Assembly (NCBI RefSeq): GCF_000008565.1 | Contig: NC_000958.1 | Location: 60,001 to 92,000, forward strand | Length of the DNA stretch: 32,000 nucleotides | Source: Deinococcus radiodurans R1 = ATCC 13939 = DSM 20539 | GTDB lineage: Bacteria; Deinococcota; Deinococci; Deinococcales; Deinococcaceae | Direction of reading: 5' to 3' | In this document: in pieces, positions 7,615 through 16,600 of the stretch | Numbering within the stretch: position 1 is the first letter of the stretch | Layout: each line of letters opens with the position of its first letter | The notes under the pieces: model-generated | Databases searched by the model: none | What the model was told of the DNA's origin: nothing | The model's input: the letters and a program-made list of their open reading frames with translations, nothing else | Position numbers and translations under genes: made by a program

Positions 7615-8936
7615 CAATGGTTCGTGCAGTTTTGAGGTCACAAAGAAAGACCCACCGAAAATGGGGCTGTGAACACACCGCTTCCAATGGGTCTAATGGC
7701 TATCCTACAGTACGTTCTCAGCGCGGTCCCGCTGCGCAAGACGCAGCGGAATTTTCTGACCGTGCTGCTTAGCGTATTTCTCGCTGTTCCTGGACGGCTG
7801 AACGTCCTGAACCTCTCCCGATATGCGGCCTGCTCAGAGAGTACGATCCGTCGTTGGCTGCACCGAAGTGACCCCGGGGCCATTCCCTGGGGCGCAGTAC
7901 ACCGGGCGACTGTGAGCACGGCGATTGAGAGTGGGCTGATCAGCCCACTGTGCGTTCTGGCCATCGACGCCTCTTTTCACCGCAAATCTGGTCAGCACAC
8001 CGCACACCTCGGCTCGTTCTGGAATGGCTGTGCCGCACGGACCGAACGTGGGATCGAGCAATCCTGCTGTGCCCTGATTGACGTCCAGCACCGACAGGCA
8101 TTTACGGTCGATGTCCGTCAGACCCGGACCGGGTCTGAGGCCCCGAGTCGTCTGGAACAGGCCGCTGACCAGCTGGATGACGTGTTGCTTGATCTCCAGA
8201 CTGTTCCACGGCTTGATCTGGCCGCTGTGGTTGCGGATGGGAACTATGCGAAAGAATCCATGGTGGAGACCGTGACCGGTCACGGTCTCCCATTCATCTC
8301 CAGATTTCCTCGCAACGCCAACCTCAAGTATCTCTATACCGGCGAGCATCCCAGACGACGCGGACGGCCAAAAAAGTTCGACGGCAAGGTGGATTTCAGC
8401 GACTTGCAGCGCTTTGACCTCGTTTCTGAAACGTCGACCGAGCGGGTGTGGACTCAGGTGGTCTGGAGCGTGCAGTGGGCGCGAGAAGTGCGTGCAGTCG
8501 TCATCCAGCAGGTCGGTAAAAAGGGTCAAGTGACGGGTTACGCGGTGCTGTTCAGCACCGCTGTGACGATGCCCGCTCATGAGGTCATTGCGCTGTACCG
8601 GAGCCGTTTCGAGATTGAACTGATCTTCCGGGATGCCAAGCAGTTCCTGGGAGGCCAGGATGTGCAATTGCGGTCACAGCCAGGCATTGAGGCGCATTGG
8701 AACGTGGTCTTGCTGACCCTGAACCTCTGTCGCCTTGAGGCCCTGCGAGCAGCAGAGGGCGGACAGAATCTGGTGTTCAGTCTCGAAGACATGAAACGCA
8801 GGGCGTATAACGCCCTGCTGGCCCAAGTGATTTTGTCCAAGTTGGATCTCTCGGCCCGCTTTGAAGAATTAGAACATCTGCCGTCCAGTCCGCTAAATTT
8901 CGGCCTCAAAGCCGCCTAAAACTGCACGAACCATTG
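7615..8936 (+). mobile_element. Intact IS4-family insertion sequence with 7-bp target-site duplication
   Basis: It has perfect 19-bp terminal inverted repeats, CAATGGTTCGTGCAGTTTT (7615-7633) and AAAACTGCACGAACCATTG (8918-8936). It is flanked by direct repeats ATTCTTA at 7608-7614 and 8937-8943. Confidence 0.9.
7669..8919 (+). CDS. IS4-family DDE transposase
   Basis: 416-aa ORF (GTG at 7669; alternative ATG at 7687) with AIDASF, VVADGNYA and the Y-x2-R-x3-E-x6-K signature YRSRFEIELIFRDAK. The stop codon lies inside the right terminal repeat. Confidence 0.9.
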   Translation: MNTPLPMGLMAILQYVLSAVPLRKTQRNFLTVLLSVFLAVPGRLNVLNLSRYAACSESTIRRWLHRSDPGAIPWGAVHRATVSTAIESGLISPLCVLAIDASFHRKSGQHTAHLGSFWNGCAARTERGIEQSCCALIDVQHRQAFTVDVRQTRTGSEAPSRLEQAADQLDDVLLDLQTVPRLDLAAVVADGNYAKESMVETVTGHGLPFISRFPRNANLKYLYTGEHPRRRGRPKKFDGKVDFSDLQRFDLVSETSTERVWTQVVWSVQWAREVRAVVIQQVGKKGQVTGYAVLFSTAVTMPAHEVIALYRSRFEIELIFRDAKQFLGGQDVQLRSQPGIEAHWNVVLLTLNLCRLEALRAAEGGQNLVFSLEDMKRRAYNALLAQVILSKLDLSARFEELEHLPSSPLNFGLKAA

Positions 8937-9057
8937 ATTCTTAAGCTGTTCTCAGTTTCGTTCACCTTCTCATTTCTGATCCTGAAATGAAGCTTGGACC
9001 GGATTCTGTGGACCGGCTGAGCGGCCCTGCCGTGAGCGAAATGAGGAGAGTGTCCCC

Positions 9058-9534
9058 ATGAAAAAAGCGATTGCCCTGATGACCCTGACCTTCGGACTCG
9101 CCCAGGCCGCTTCCGTGCCCAGCAGCGGCACCCAGCCCCTCGTGATGGACATGTCCGTGCAGGTGATGGCGCTGTGCACCGTGAACGTCAGCAGCCAAGT
9201 GGCCGACGGCAGCAACAAGACCGGCACCACCTTCGGCAAGTACGACTGGAAGTACAACTCGCTGAATGGCGTGAAGTGGGAAGGGACGATGACCAGCCAC
9301 ACCCTGCGTTGCCAGCGCGGTACCAACGTGACGATGGATCAGGGCGGCAACGGCACCCTGAAGAACGGCAGCAACACCCTGAACTACACCTACAAGAGCA
9401 GCATCGCCAAGAAGGAAACGGCTGACGGCGACATCTGGACCCCCACCGTGTCCGTGGACATCCCCGCGCAGCAGTGGACCAGCCCCGTGGGCGTCTACAA
9501 AGACACCGTCTCGATGGACATCAGCTGGAACTGA
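9058..9534 (+). CDS. Spore-coat-U (SCPU) domain fimbrial major subunit, Csu-type
   Basis: It has a signal peptide (MKKAIALMTLTFGLAQA/AS), a Cys pair (ALCTVNV ... LRCQRGT) and a C-terminal G-x-Y-x-D-T-V motif (GVYKDTVSMDISWN) typical of SCPU/CsuA/B pilins. A GAGGAGAG Shine-Dalgarno precedes it. It is the first gene of a subunit-subunit-chaperone-usher operon. Confidence 0.8.
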   Translation: MKKAIALMTLTFGLAQAASVPSSGTQPLVMDMSVQVMALCTVNVSSQVADGSNKTGTTFGKYDWKYNSLNGVKWEGTMTSHTLRCQRGTNVTMDQGGNGTLKNGSNTLNYTYKSSIAKKETADGDIWTPTVSVDIPAQQWTSPVGVYKDTVSMDISWN

Positions 9535-9560
9535 GCCGGTCTGCGTGAGCCTGCTTCAGG

Positions 9561-9583
9561 CCCCCGGTCTTCAGGGCCGGGGG
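9561..9583 (+). terminator. GC-rich hairpin after the major pilin gene (possible attenuating terminator)
   Basis: CCCCCGG (9561-9567) pairs with CCGGGGG (9577-9583). The downstream T tract is weak, so efficiency is uncertain. Confidence 0.3.
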
Positions 9584-9642
9584 ATCTGCTTATCGGGCGC
9601 CCGCCAAGGTTCGGCTGAGATAATCTGAAGGGAGGCGACAGG

Positions 9643-10065
9643 ATGCGGTGGATGGGTGCAGCGGCGTTAACACCAGCGATATTGGCTCTGCTCGGCAGTG
9701 CTCAGGCGACTTGCAGGCTGGAACGTGCGGCCCCTCAGGTGCCGGCGCCGGCCTACAGCGCCCTGGCACCGCTGCGCGCCGCGCTGACCGTTCAGGTCGG
9801 GTGTGAAACGCCCAACGACGAATTTCAACTTTTTCTGTCCGGCGTGCAGGATGCTGGGCAGGCCAGCCCGGTGCTGACCGTTCCTTTTAAGCAGGGCTCG
9901 GCCCTTTTGCGGGCTACTCTTTCCGGAAACCTAAACCAGTTGCGCGGCCAAGTGCTGCGCGGCAGTCAGAATCTGACTTTTCCCCTCGACTTCGCGTCCG
10001 ACCAGTGGATTGAGATCGGCACCTATCAGGCGCAGCTCAGTCTGGTGCTGCTCAATCAGCCCTGA
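9643..10065 (+). CDS. Putative minor fimbrial subunit (SCPU-like)
   Basis: It has a signal peptide (ALLGSAQA/TC), two Cys (TCRLE ... VGCETP) and a C-terminal GTYQAQLSLVL strand resembling SCPU subunits. A GGGAGG Shine-Dalgarno precedes it. Its operon position is between the pilin and the chaperone. Confidence 0.6.
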   Translation: MRWMGAAALTPAILALLGSAQATCRLERAAPQVPAPAYSALAPLRAALTVQVGCETPNDEFQLFLSGVQDAGQASPVLTVPFKQGSALLRATLSGNLNQLRGQVLRGSQNLTFPLDFASDQWIEIGTYQAQLSLVLLNQP

Positions 10066-10106
10066 CCTCTTCAGGACCTTCCCTCAAGCTCAAGGAAACC
10101 GAATCC

Positions 10107-10838
10107 ATGTCCTATCTTCCGTATCTGCGCCGGCTGCTGCTGGGAAGCGCGCTCGCTGTGACCGGGAGCGCTCTGGCCCAGACGTTCGGCTTTGCCCCGA
10201 CCGTCATCCAGATCAATTCTGAACAGACCCTCAACTCGCAGACCACGGTGTACAACCTCGGCAGTGCCCCGGCCCGCTTCACCGTCACGCCCAAGGTGTG
10301 GAGTCTGCAAGGCGGTCAGACGGTGCTGGAAGACACCCGCGACATCATCGTGAACCCCACCGAGTTCACCATTCCGCCCGGCGGCCAGCAGATTATCCGC
10401 ATGGGTCTGCGCAAGAAGCCGGGGGCCGACGAACTGACCTACCGCTTGCAGGTGCGCCAGCAGGAGCTACCGAACAGCGACGACGCGAGCGTGCCCAATG
10501 TCGGCGGCACCGGCACCAGCCTGAACTTGGTGCTGTCGTTCTCGCTGCCGGTCTACATTGCGCCCAGCAGCGCGGCGGCCAAAATCAGCTACGCCGTGAC
10601 CCGTGACACCGGCGACCTGCTGCTGAAGATGACCAACGCCGGCAATCGCCACGAGACGTACAACAATTTCGTGGCCGAGCGCGGCGGGCGGCAGGCGACC
10701 CTGAATTCCTGGGCGGTCCTGAAAGACTCGGACGTGACTGTGCGGCTCTCCGACCTGGGATCGGCGACCGGGCCGTTGACCCTGTCGTTTACCAATGCCC
10801 GGGGGGAAAAGGTGCATGAAACGCTGGCGCTGCCCTGA
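10107..10838 (+). CDS. Fimbrial (PapD/CsuC-like) periplasmic chaperone
   Basis: 243 aa with a signal peptide. The N-terminal Ig-like domain has the typical pattern F..P.VI.I....T....V.N.G..P..F.V, plus IVNPTEFTIPPGGQQIIRMGLRK. Its size and operon context fit a pilus chaperone. Confidence 0.8.
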   Translation: MSYLPYLRRLLLGSALAVTGSALAQTFGFAPTVIQINSEQTLNSQTTVYNLGSAPARFTVTPKVWSLQGGQTVLEDTRDIIVNPTEFTIPPGGQQIIRMGLRKKPGADELTYRLQVRQQELPNSDDASVPNVGGTGTSLNLVLSFSLPVYIAPSSAAAKISYAVTRDTGDLLLKMTNAGNRHETYNNFVAERGGRQATLNSWAVLKDSDVTVRLSDLGSATGPLTLSFTNARGEKVHETLALP

Positions 10839-13005
10839 GCGGCCTCGGCGCCTTGCGCTGACGCTGGCCCTGGGGCTGGGTGCAGGCCTGGGCGGAGCGC
10901 GGGCGGCCACCTGCGACCTGCCGGAGCAGCTGCTGTCGGTGTCGGTCAACGGGAGCAGCCGGGGGGTGCAGGTGCTGCGGCTGCGCCAGGACGACGCCGG
11001 CGAGGTGCAGGTGCTGCTGCCCGAGGACCTGCTGCGCCCCAGCGAACAGGCCCTGCTGGGCGAGCGGCTGACGTGTGACGGTCAGCCGCTTTTTGCGCCG
11101 GCCCCCGGCGTGCGCGTGCGCTTCAATCCCGGCGAGCAGCAGCTCAGCCTGAGTTTGCCGGCGCGTCAACTCGGCGGGCACGACCTGGACCTCGACCGGC
11201 TGCGGGCCCAGAGTGAGCTGCCCGCACAGCCTTCCTGGGGTGTGGCGTTCGGTGGCAATCTGAACACCGAAGCGCCGCAGTGGAACGGCTTTTCAGTGCG
11301 GGCGGCCCAGGCCTATCTGGGCGTCGGCGGCGTGACCCGGCAGTTCAGTGTCTACGGCGACATGTTCGTGGGGCGCGACTCTCAGGGGGCCTGGCGCTCC
11401 GAGCCACGCGCCGTGCTGCGTTACGCGCTGGGGCCTGGGGCGGTGGTCAGCGCCGTCTGGAACGCCGACCCCGGCCTGAACACCCCCGAATTCAACGAAA
11501 CCGATTTCCGGGGCCTGAGCATCGAAGGCCAGGCCGGGTTCCGCCGCCGCGCCCCCGAGTGGGTGCTTGATTTGCCGCTCGACGCCGAAGTGACCGTGCT
11601 CCTCGACGGCGTGCCGGTCACGACCCGGAGTGTGTCGGCGGGCAGTCTGAATATCCGCAACGTGTGGATCGACAAGGTCGGGACACATACCCTCAAGGCC
11701 GTCATCAGCGACGACAACGGCGTGCGCGACGAAGTACTCGACCTCACCCAGGAAACCTTCGGGCTGCCCCGCGGCGCCCTGGTGTACGCGGCGCGGGCCG
11801 GCACCCAGCGCGGGCAGTGGCTGGTGTCTGGCCGCGCTGCCTATGGCCTGAGCCGCAACGTCACGGTGCAGGGCAGTGCCAGCCTGACGCCCGACTTGCA
11901 GACGGCCAATTTCGGGGTGGAGTATAGCCAGGGCACCTGGAACACCGACCTGGGCCTGCAATACCGCCGTTCGTCGGTCCTTGGGAGCCAGCTCAATGTC
12001 CTGGGGCGGGTGCGGTTCGACCGGGGCAACTGGCAGCTCGGCGGGTTGGTGGTAGTACCCACGCAGTCGTTCGCGGACGGGTCACTCAGCCTGAATGCGA
12101 TTTACCACGTCCGCGACTGGTTCGTGAATACTTCGTACACCCAGGGCTTTTCCGGCAACCAGTGGGCGCTGGCGGCGAACGTGAACCACACCTTCAACAA
12201 TCGCCTCAGCGGCGCCATCTCCGGCGGCGTCGGCTCGGGCGGCTGGCAGGTCGGCGTGCAGTTGGGCTACCTCGTGAACCCACGGCTGCAAACGAGTGCG
12301 GGGGCTATAGCGGGCAGTGCAGGTCTCGGGGGCGCCCTGAACGTGCTGTATACCCCTTCGCCGGCGCACACCTTTGGGGTGGAGGTGGCCACGCCCTTCA
12401 GCGCCGCGCTGCGTTACCGCTACACCCGCGCCGTCGAAGCCCAGTTCGACGTGAGGACCGACGGCTCGGCCCAGGCTTACGCGCGTGGGGCCGTCAATTT
12501 CTCCGGGGGGCTGGTGCGCTTGCAGCCGGCGCTGGCGCAGCGGGCCATCCTGATCCGGACCGGCGTGCCGAATCTGCAACTGCTGGTCAACGGGCAGCAG
12601 CAGGTCGTGACCGACGGCGCGGGCGATGCGCTGATTGCCAACCTGCCCGGCGGCCAGCTCGTCGAAATTGCCGTGAACCTGAATGTCCTGCCGCTGACCG
12701 TCAGTGTGCAGGTCGAGCGCGAACGCCTGATGCCGCCGCTGCTGGGGCTGAGCACCCTGGACTGGCGACAGAACTTCAAGGTGTCGCGCTGGGTGCAGTT
12801 CTCCTGGGAAGATGGCAAACTGGCCGCTGGTGCAGATTTTGTCTCGTCCCAGGGCACCTTCCCGCTGGACGACGAAGGCAACAGCCTGCTGCCCGCGAGT
12901 GCCGCGCCCATTGCCGGGACCCTACGAAGTCAGGACGGCCAGCGCAGCTGCCTGGTCAGGGTGGCGGCGGGCGCAGAGAAGGCGTCCTGTCAGCCGGCCC
13001 CTTGA
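10816..13005 (+). CDS. Fimbrial outer-membrane usher (CsuD-like)
   Basis: About 730-aa protein with a signal peptide (MKRWRCPERPRRLALTLALGLGAGLGGARA) and a Gly/aromatic-rich beta-barrel-like composition. It follows and overlaps the chaperone gene. I prefer the ATG at 10816, preceded by GGGGGAAAAGG, over 10795. The assignment rests mainly on size, composition and operon position. Confidence 0.7.
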   Translation: MKRWRCPERPRRLALTLALGLGAGLGGARAATCDLPEQLLSVSVNGSSRGVQVLRLRQDDAGEVQVLLPEDLLRPSEQALLGERLTCDGQPLFAPAPGVRVRFNPGEQQLSLSLPARQLGGHDLDLDRLRAQSELPAQPSWGVAFGGNLNTEAPQWNGFSVRAAQAYLGVGGVTRQFSVYGDMFVGRDSQGAWRSEPRAVLRYALGPGAVVSAVWNADPGLNTPEFNETDFRGLSIEGQAGFRRRAPEWVLDLPLDAEVTVLLDGVPVTTRSVSAGSLNIRNVWIDKVGTHTLKAVISDDNGVRDEVLDLTQETFGLPRGALVYAARAGTQRGQWLVSGRAAYGLSRNVTVQGSASLTPDLQTANFGVEYSQGTWNTDLGLQYRRSSVLGSQLNVLGRVRFDRGNWQLGGLVVVPTQSFADGSLSLNAIYHVRDWFVNTSYTQGFSGNQWALAANVNHTFNNRLSGAISGGVGSGGWQVGVQLGYLVNPRLQTSAGAIAGSAGLGGALNVLYTPSPAHTFGVEVATPFSAALRYRYTRAVEAQFDVRTDGSAQAYARGAVNFSGGLVRLQPALAQRAILIRTGVPNLQLLVNGQQQVVTDGAGDALIANLPGGQLVEIAVNLNVLPLTVSVQVERERLMPPLLGLSTLDWRQNFKVSRWVQFSWEDGKLAAGADFVSSQGTFPLDDEGNSLLPASAAPIAGTLRSQDGQRSCLVRVAAGAEKASCQPAP

Positions 13006-13009
13006 GGCT

Positions 13010-13336
13010 TCAGTAGAAGACGAAGCCCTCGGCAGCCAGGGCGGCGGACGGTGCGGCCACGTACTCGTTCAGCGTGCCGCCCTGTGGGTTGGCGGTGGCC
13101 CGCTGGAACTGCCACGGAGCCGCCGGGATACGCGCCGCCACCTCGGGGAGGGCCAGCGGGGAGGCCGGCGTGAAGCCCGAGGTACACAGCAGCGTCAGAT
13201 GTGCCTCACTGACCGCCTGCACCTGGCAACTTTCCGCCACGCTGACGCTCAGGTTCAAAGTGACCGAAGCGGCCTGCGCGTGAAAAGCGGTGAGCACCAT
13301 CAACCAGAAGCCAGCCCGTTGTGCAGTCGAGAACAT
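13010..13336 (-). CDS. Small secreted SCPU-like protein, convergent with the usher gene
   Basis: It has a signal peptide (FWLMVLTAFHAQA/AS), then VTLNLSVSVAESCQV ... LLCTSG (a beta-strand-plus-Cys pattern like SCPU subunits). It has a strong GGAGGAG Shine-Dalgarno. Its stop lies only 4 nt from the usher stop. Confidence 0.55.
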   Translation of the reverse strand: MFSTAQRAGFWLMVLTAFHAQAASVTLNLSVSVAESCQVQAVSEAHLTLLCTSGFTPASPLALPEVAARIPAAPWQFQRATANPQGGTLNEYVAAPSAALAAEGFVFY

Positions 13337-13539
13337 GTATGACTCCTCCAGGGGCGGCGCTCGATAGGCCGGCCCCGACTGTGGAGCACGTTAATCGGGC
13401 GAGTCTTTCGGGAAGCTTTCAGGGCGAAGGATGAAGGCCTAAGCCGGGTTCCGAGCGGCTAGTCTTCAGGGATGGGATGCGGAAAACAAGTGACGCAGAC
13501 ATGAGTTGTGCCTTGTCCCAACGGGACCGCAATGGCGAG

Positions 13540-13572
13540 GCCCACACCAGTGCGAGATGCCAAGGTGTGGGC
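13540..13572. repeat. 9-bp perfect inverted repeat (hairpin) downstream of the 1145-aa lipoprotein gene
   Basis: GCCCACACC (13540-13548) pairs with GGTGTGGGC (13564-13572) across a 15-nt loop. There is no U-tract on the minus strand, so terminator function is uncertain. Confidence 0.3.
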
Positions 13573-13684
13573 GGAGCCAGAAGCGTCAAAGAGTTCCAAT
13601 CACTTCGTTGGTTGCGTCGCTGACCAGGATTTTTCTTCAGCAGCGAGGTCAGTCAAGAAATGCTGGCGATTGGAGCGAAATGAA

Positions 13685-16600
13685 TCAGGGCAGCGGTGCC
13701 AGAGCCACGCCGCGCAGGGCGGTATTGGCTTTCGCCGGGCTGAGCAGGGTGGGAGTGCCGCTCAGGGACTTCAAAAAGCCGGAAGTGTCGGTCAGTTTGA
13801 CCAGGCTGCCGGCATTGGTGGCCAGCAGCGTCACGGTATTGCCCTGCTGCACGCCAGCCAGCCCGATATAACTACCGCTGGCAACGCCCGAAGCCACCCA
13901 GGTTCCGTTTTGCAGACTGAATTTTTGCAGGCCGCTCGTGGCGTCGGCAATGTACAGGGTATCCGCACCGGGCAGGCCGTCCAGATCGGCCCAGAAAAAG
14001 CCGTAGCTGTCGCCGGTAACGCTGTCGGACAGACCCGGCAGGCGGCTGACGGTCTGGTTCCCGGTCGTGGGCAGGCCATTTCCTACGCTCAAGAGCCCTT
14101 TCGTGCCGTTGCCACTGCCACTCGACACGTACAGTTGATCGCCGAAGATGCCCAGTTGACGCAGGTTGGACGCGGCGCTGCTGATGCTGAGGCCGCTGCT
14201 GGCGCCCAGCGCGTAGAGCCGCACGCCGCTGTTGCCGCCAGTGACATAAAAACTGCGGCCATCTGTGCTGGCGGCGCTCCGGATATTGTCGCCACTGTAG
14301 GCGTCGGGAAGGGTCGTGGTGGTGTCCACAGTGCCGGCACTGTCCAGACGCCCGATCACGCGAGGTGTGGTCGCACTGTCGCTCGCCTTGACATTCGCCA
14401 GGCCGACGCTGGCCGCGTAGCCGGTCAATACCAGGTAATGAGCGTCCGCCGAGCGCGTCAGCATCCCTTCACTGCTGGCGGTGCCGCTGGCCAGGAGCGG
14501 CCTGTTGCTGCCACTGGTGCTGGTCGGCAGGCTCAGCGTCCGGACCAGCGACCCGTCGTTGGGATTGATGATGTCCACGAAAACGGGCGTGGCGGCGCTC
14601 GTCAGTTTGGCGCTGCCGTCCCCGACGCGGTACACCGCCACGTTGGGCAGGCTGGTCACGGGAGCGCTGACGGTCACGCCCGTGCTGGCGCTCACCGGGG
14701 CGCCGCTGCCGGGCGTGACCGTGGCTGTCAGGGTCACCGTGCCCGCCGCTTCCGCTCGCGCGACGCCGCGCTCGTCCACCGTCAGCTTGCTTGGGTCGCT
14801 GCTGCTCCAGCTGACGTTGACGGCGCAGTTGGGCGGTGACGTGGTGTAGATTGCCTTGAAGGTCTGGGTGCCGCCCACCGGCAGGGTGGAGTTGTCTGGG
14901 GTCACGCTCAGGTTGCTGACGGTGCAGGTCTGGGCCGGCAGGGCACCGACAATCACGGTCTCGGCGCGAAATTTCTGCCAGTCCTGCGCCGGGGCGACCA
15001 GGTCTTTGGCGATCTTGCCGTCACCGTAATACACGCTGTCGCCATTGTCGGTCAGCACCTGCACCGGCTGCCCGGTCAAGGCGTCGCTGTCGGGGTTGCC
15101 CGCAGGCATCGTAACGATGCTTTCCAGGCTGCCGTCCATGCTGGTGGCCAGGGCTTGCAGGTCATTGCGCAGATGCGCCGCGCCGTTGCTCTGGCCGTTC
15201 CACGAGTACAGCGCAAACGAGCTGCCCCCGCTGGCTGGCCCCGCCAGAATCAGGCAGCCCTGATCGTTGCACTTCAGCTCACGGATGCCGCGCCCGCCCA
15301 GGTCGAGTTGCACAGGAGCCCCGAAGGTGGCGGTGCGGGCCGTTCCCGTGACCAGCTCGGTGAAGTTGGTGACGGGAACGATCAACGCAGCGTTGCGCGT
15401 GCCGGACGGTTCCAGCGGCGCTCGGAATCCCAGGTAGGCCACGCTGCTGCCCGGTTTGAAGGCCAGACCTTCGATGTTGTACCCCACGCCGCCGTCGGCC
15501 TCAGGAATGACGCCACTGGCGGCGCTGGCCCCCAGTCCCAGGGCGTTGCCGTTGGCCCGGTCCCAGGCGAGCAGATCGTCGCGTAGATGATCGTAAGACC
15601 CCACGAAGTTCAGGGTGGCCGCCGCGCCCGAGCCCTGAAGGTCGGTCGCAAACACCCGGTTGCGATTGGGACGCGCCTTACCGCTCTTGCTGTTGCTTTG
15701 CGACCCCATCCAGAAAATCCGGTTGCCCAGCCGGGCGCTGGCTTCCAGGTCCATCTCGGGGTTGGCGGTGTCGGTCAGGTTCATCAGGGAACTGAAGTCG
15801 AACTGGGCCACCGGCGCACTGGACGTCGCCTGGGGATAAAGACTCAGCACATTGAACTCGTCGTCGGCCACCACCATGTACCCGTCGCCGACTTCCTGAG
15901 CGCTCGAAGCGTTGCTGGCCCCACTGAAAAAGCGGGTGCTAGACGTTGTGCCCGCCGCCTGACTCGCCGCGTAGTGCACCACGTAGCTGGCGGAGGCGCG
16001 GTCGCCGTCGGCAACGGTAACGGTGATATCGGCGTACCCGGTCTGCCGGGGGCTGATCTTGAGGAGACGGGTCTTTCCGCTGCCGCTGAGGGTGGCCGCC
16101 CCGACGCTGGGGTTGCTGCTGGTCGCGGTCACCGTCAGGCCCGCCGCGTCGGCGTCGCTGTCTGCCACCGTAAAGGTCAGGCCCTGGACACTGGCTGGAT
16201 CCGTCGGATCGCCGAGAGTGCCGCTGACATACGCGGGACTGCTCGCCGGCAACTTCACCTTCGAGTTGGCGCCGGGCGTCGGCGTCAGGGTCACCGGCAC
16301 GTCCACGCTGCCGACCGCCGTGAACACCACCGTGTAAAAGAACGGGTCGGTCGTGCCTGAGGTGGCCGGCATCTGCGTGGCAAAGGTCACGTCGGTGCTG
16401 GCGCCCGGGGCCAGAACGCCGCTGGTTTGCCAGCCGCTGGGGGAGAGGCCGCCCCTGCCCAGTTGCAAGCCCGCCGGGAGGGCGATGGTCTGTCCGGCGG
16501 TGTCGATGGGCTGATAAGGGGTGGCGGCTGTGTCCACCTGACCGCTCGCGTCACGCGCCTGCCCTGGCACCAGCGAGGCCGCCTGATCCGCGGCGTCTGA

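Noticed and set aside
10795-10815. Upstream ATG (10795) as the start of the usher gene.
   Set aside because: The ATG at 10816 is preceded by a purine-rich GGGGGAAAAGG stretch. It gives a conventional positively charged n-region plus a hydrophobic signal peptide. The 7 extra codons add nothing recognisable. Either start remains possible.
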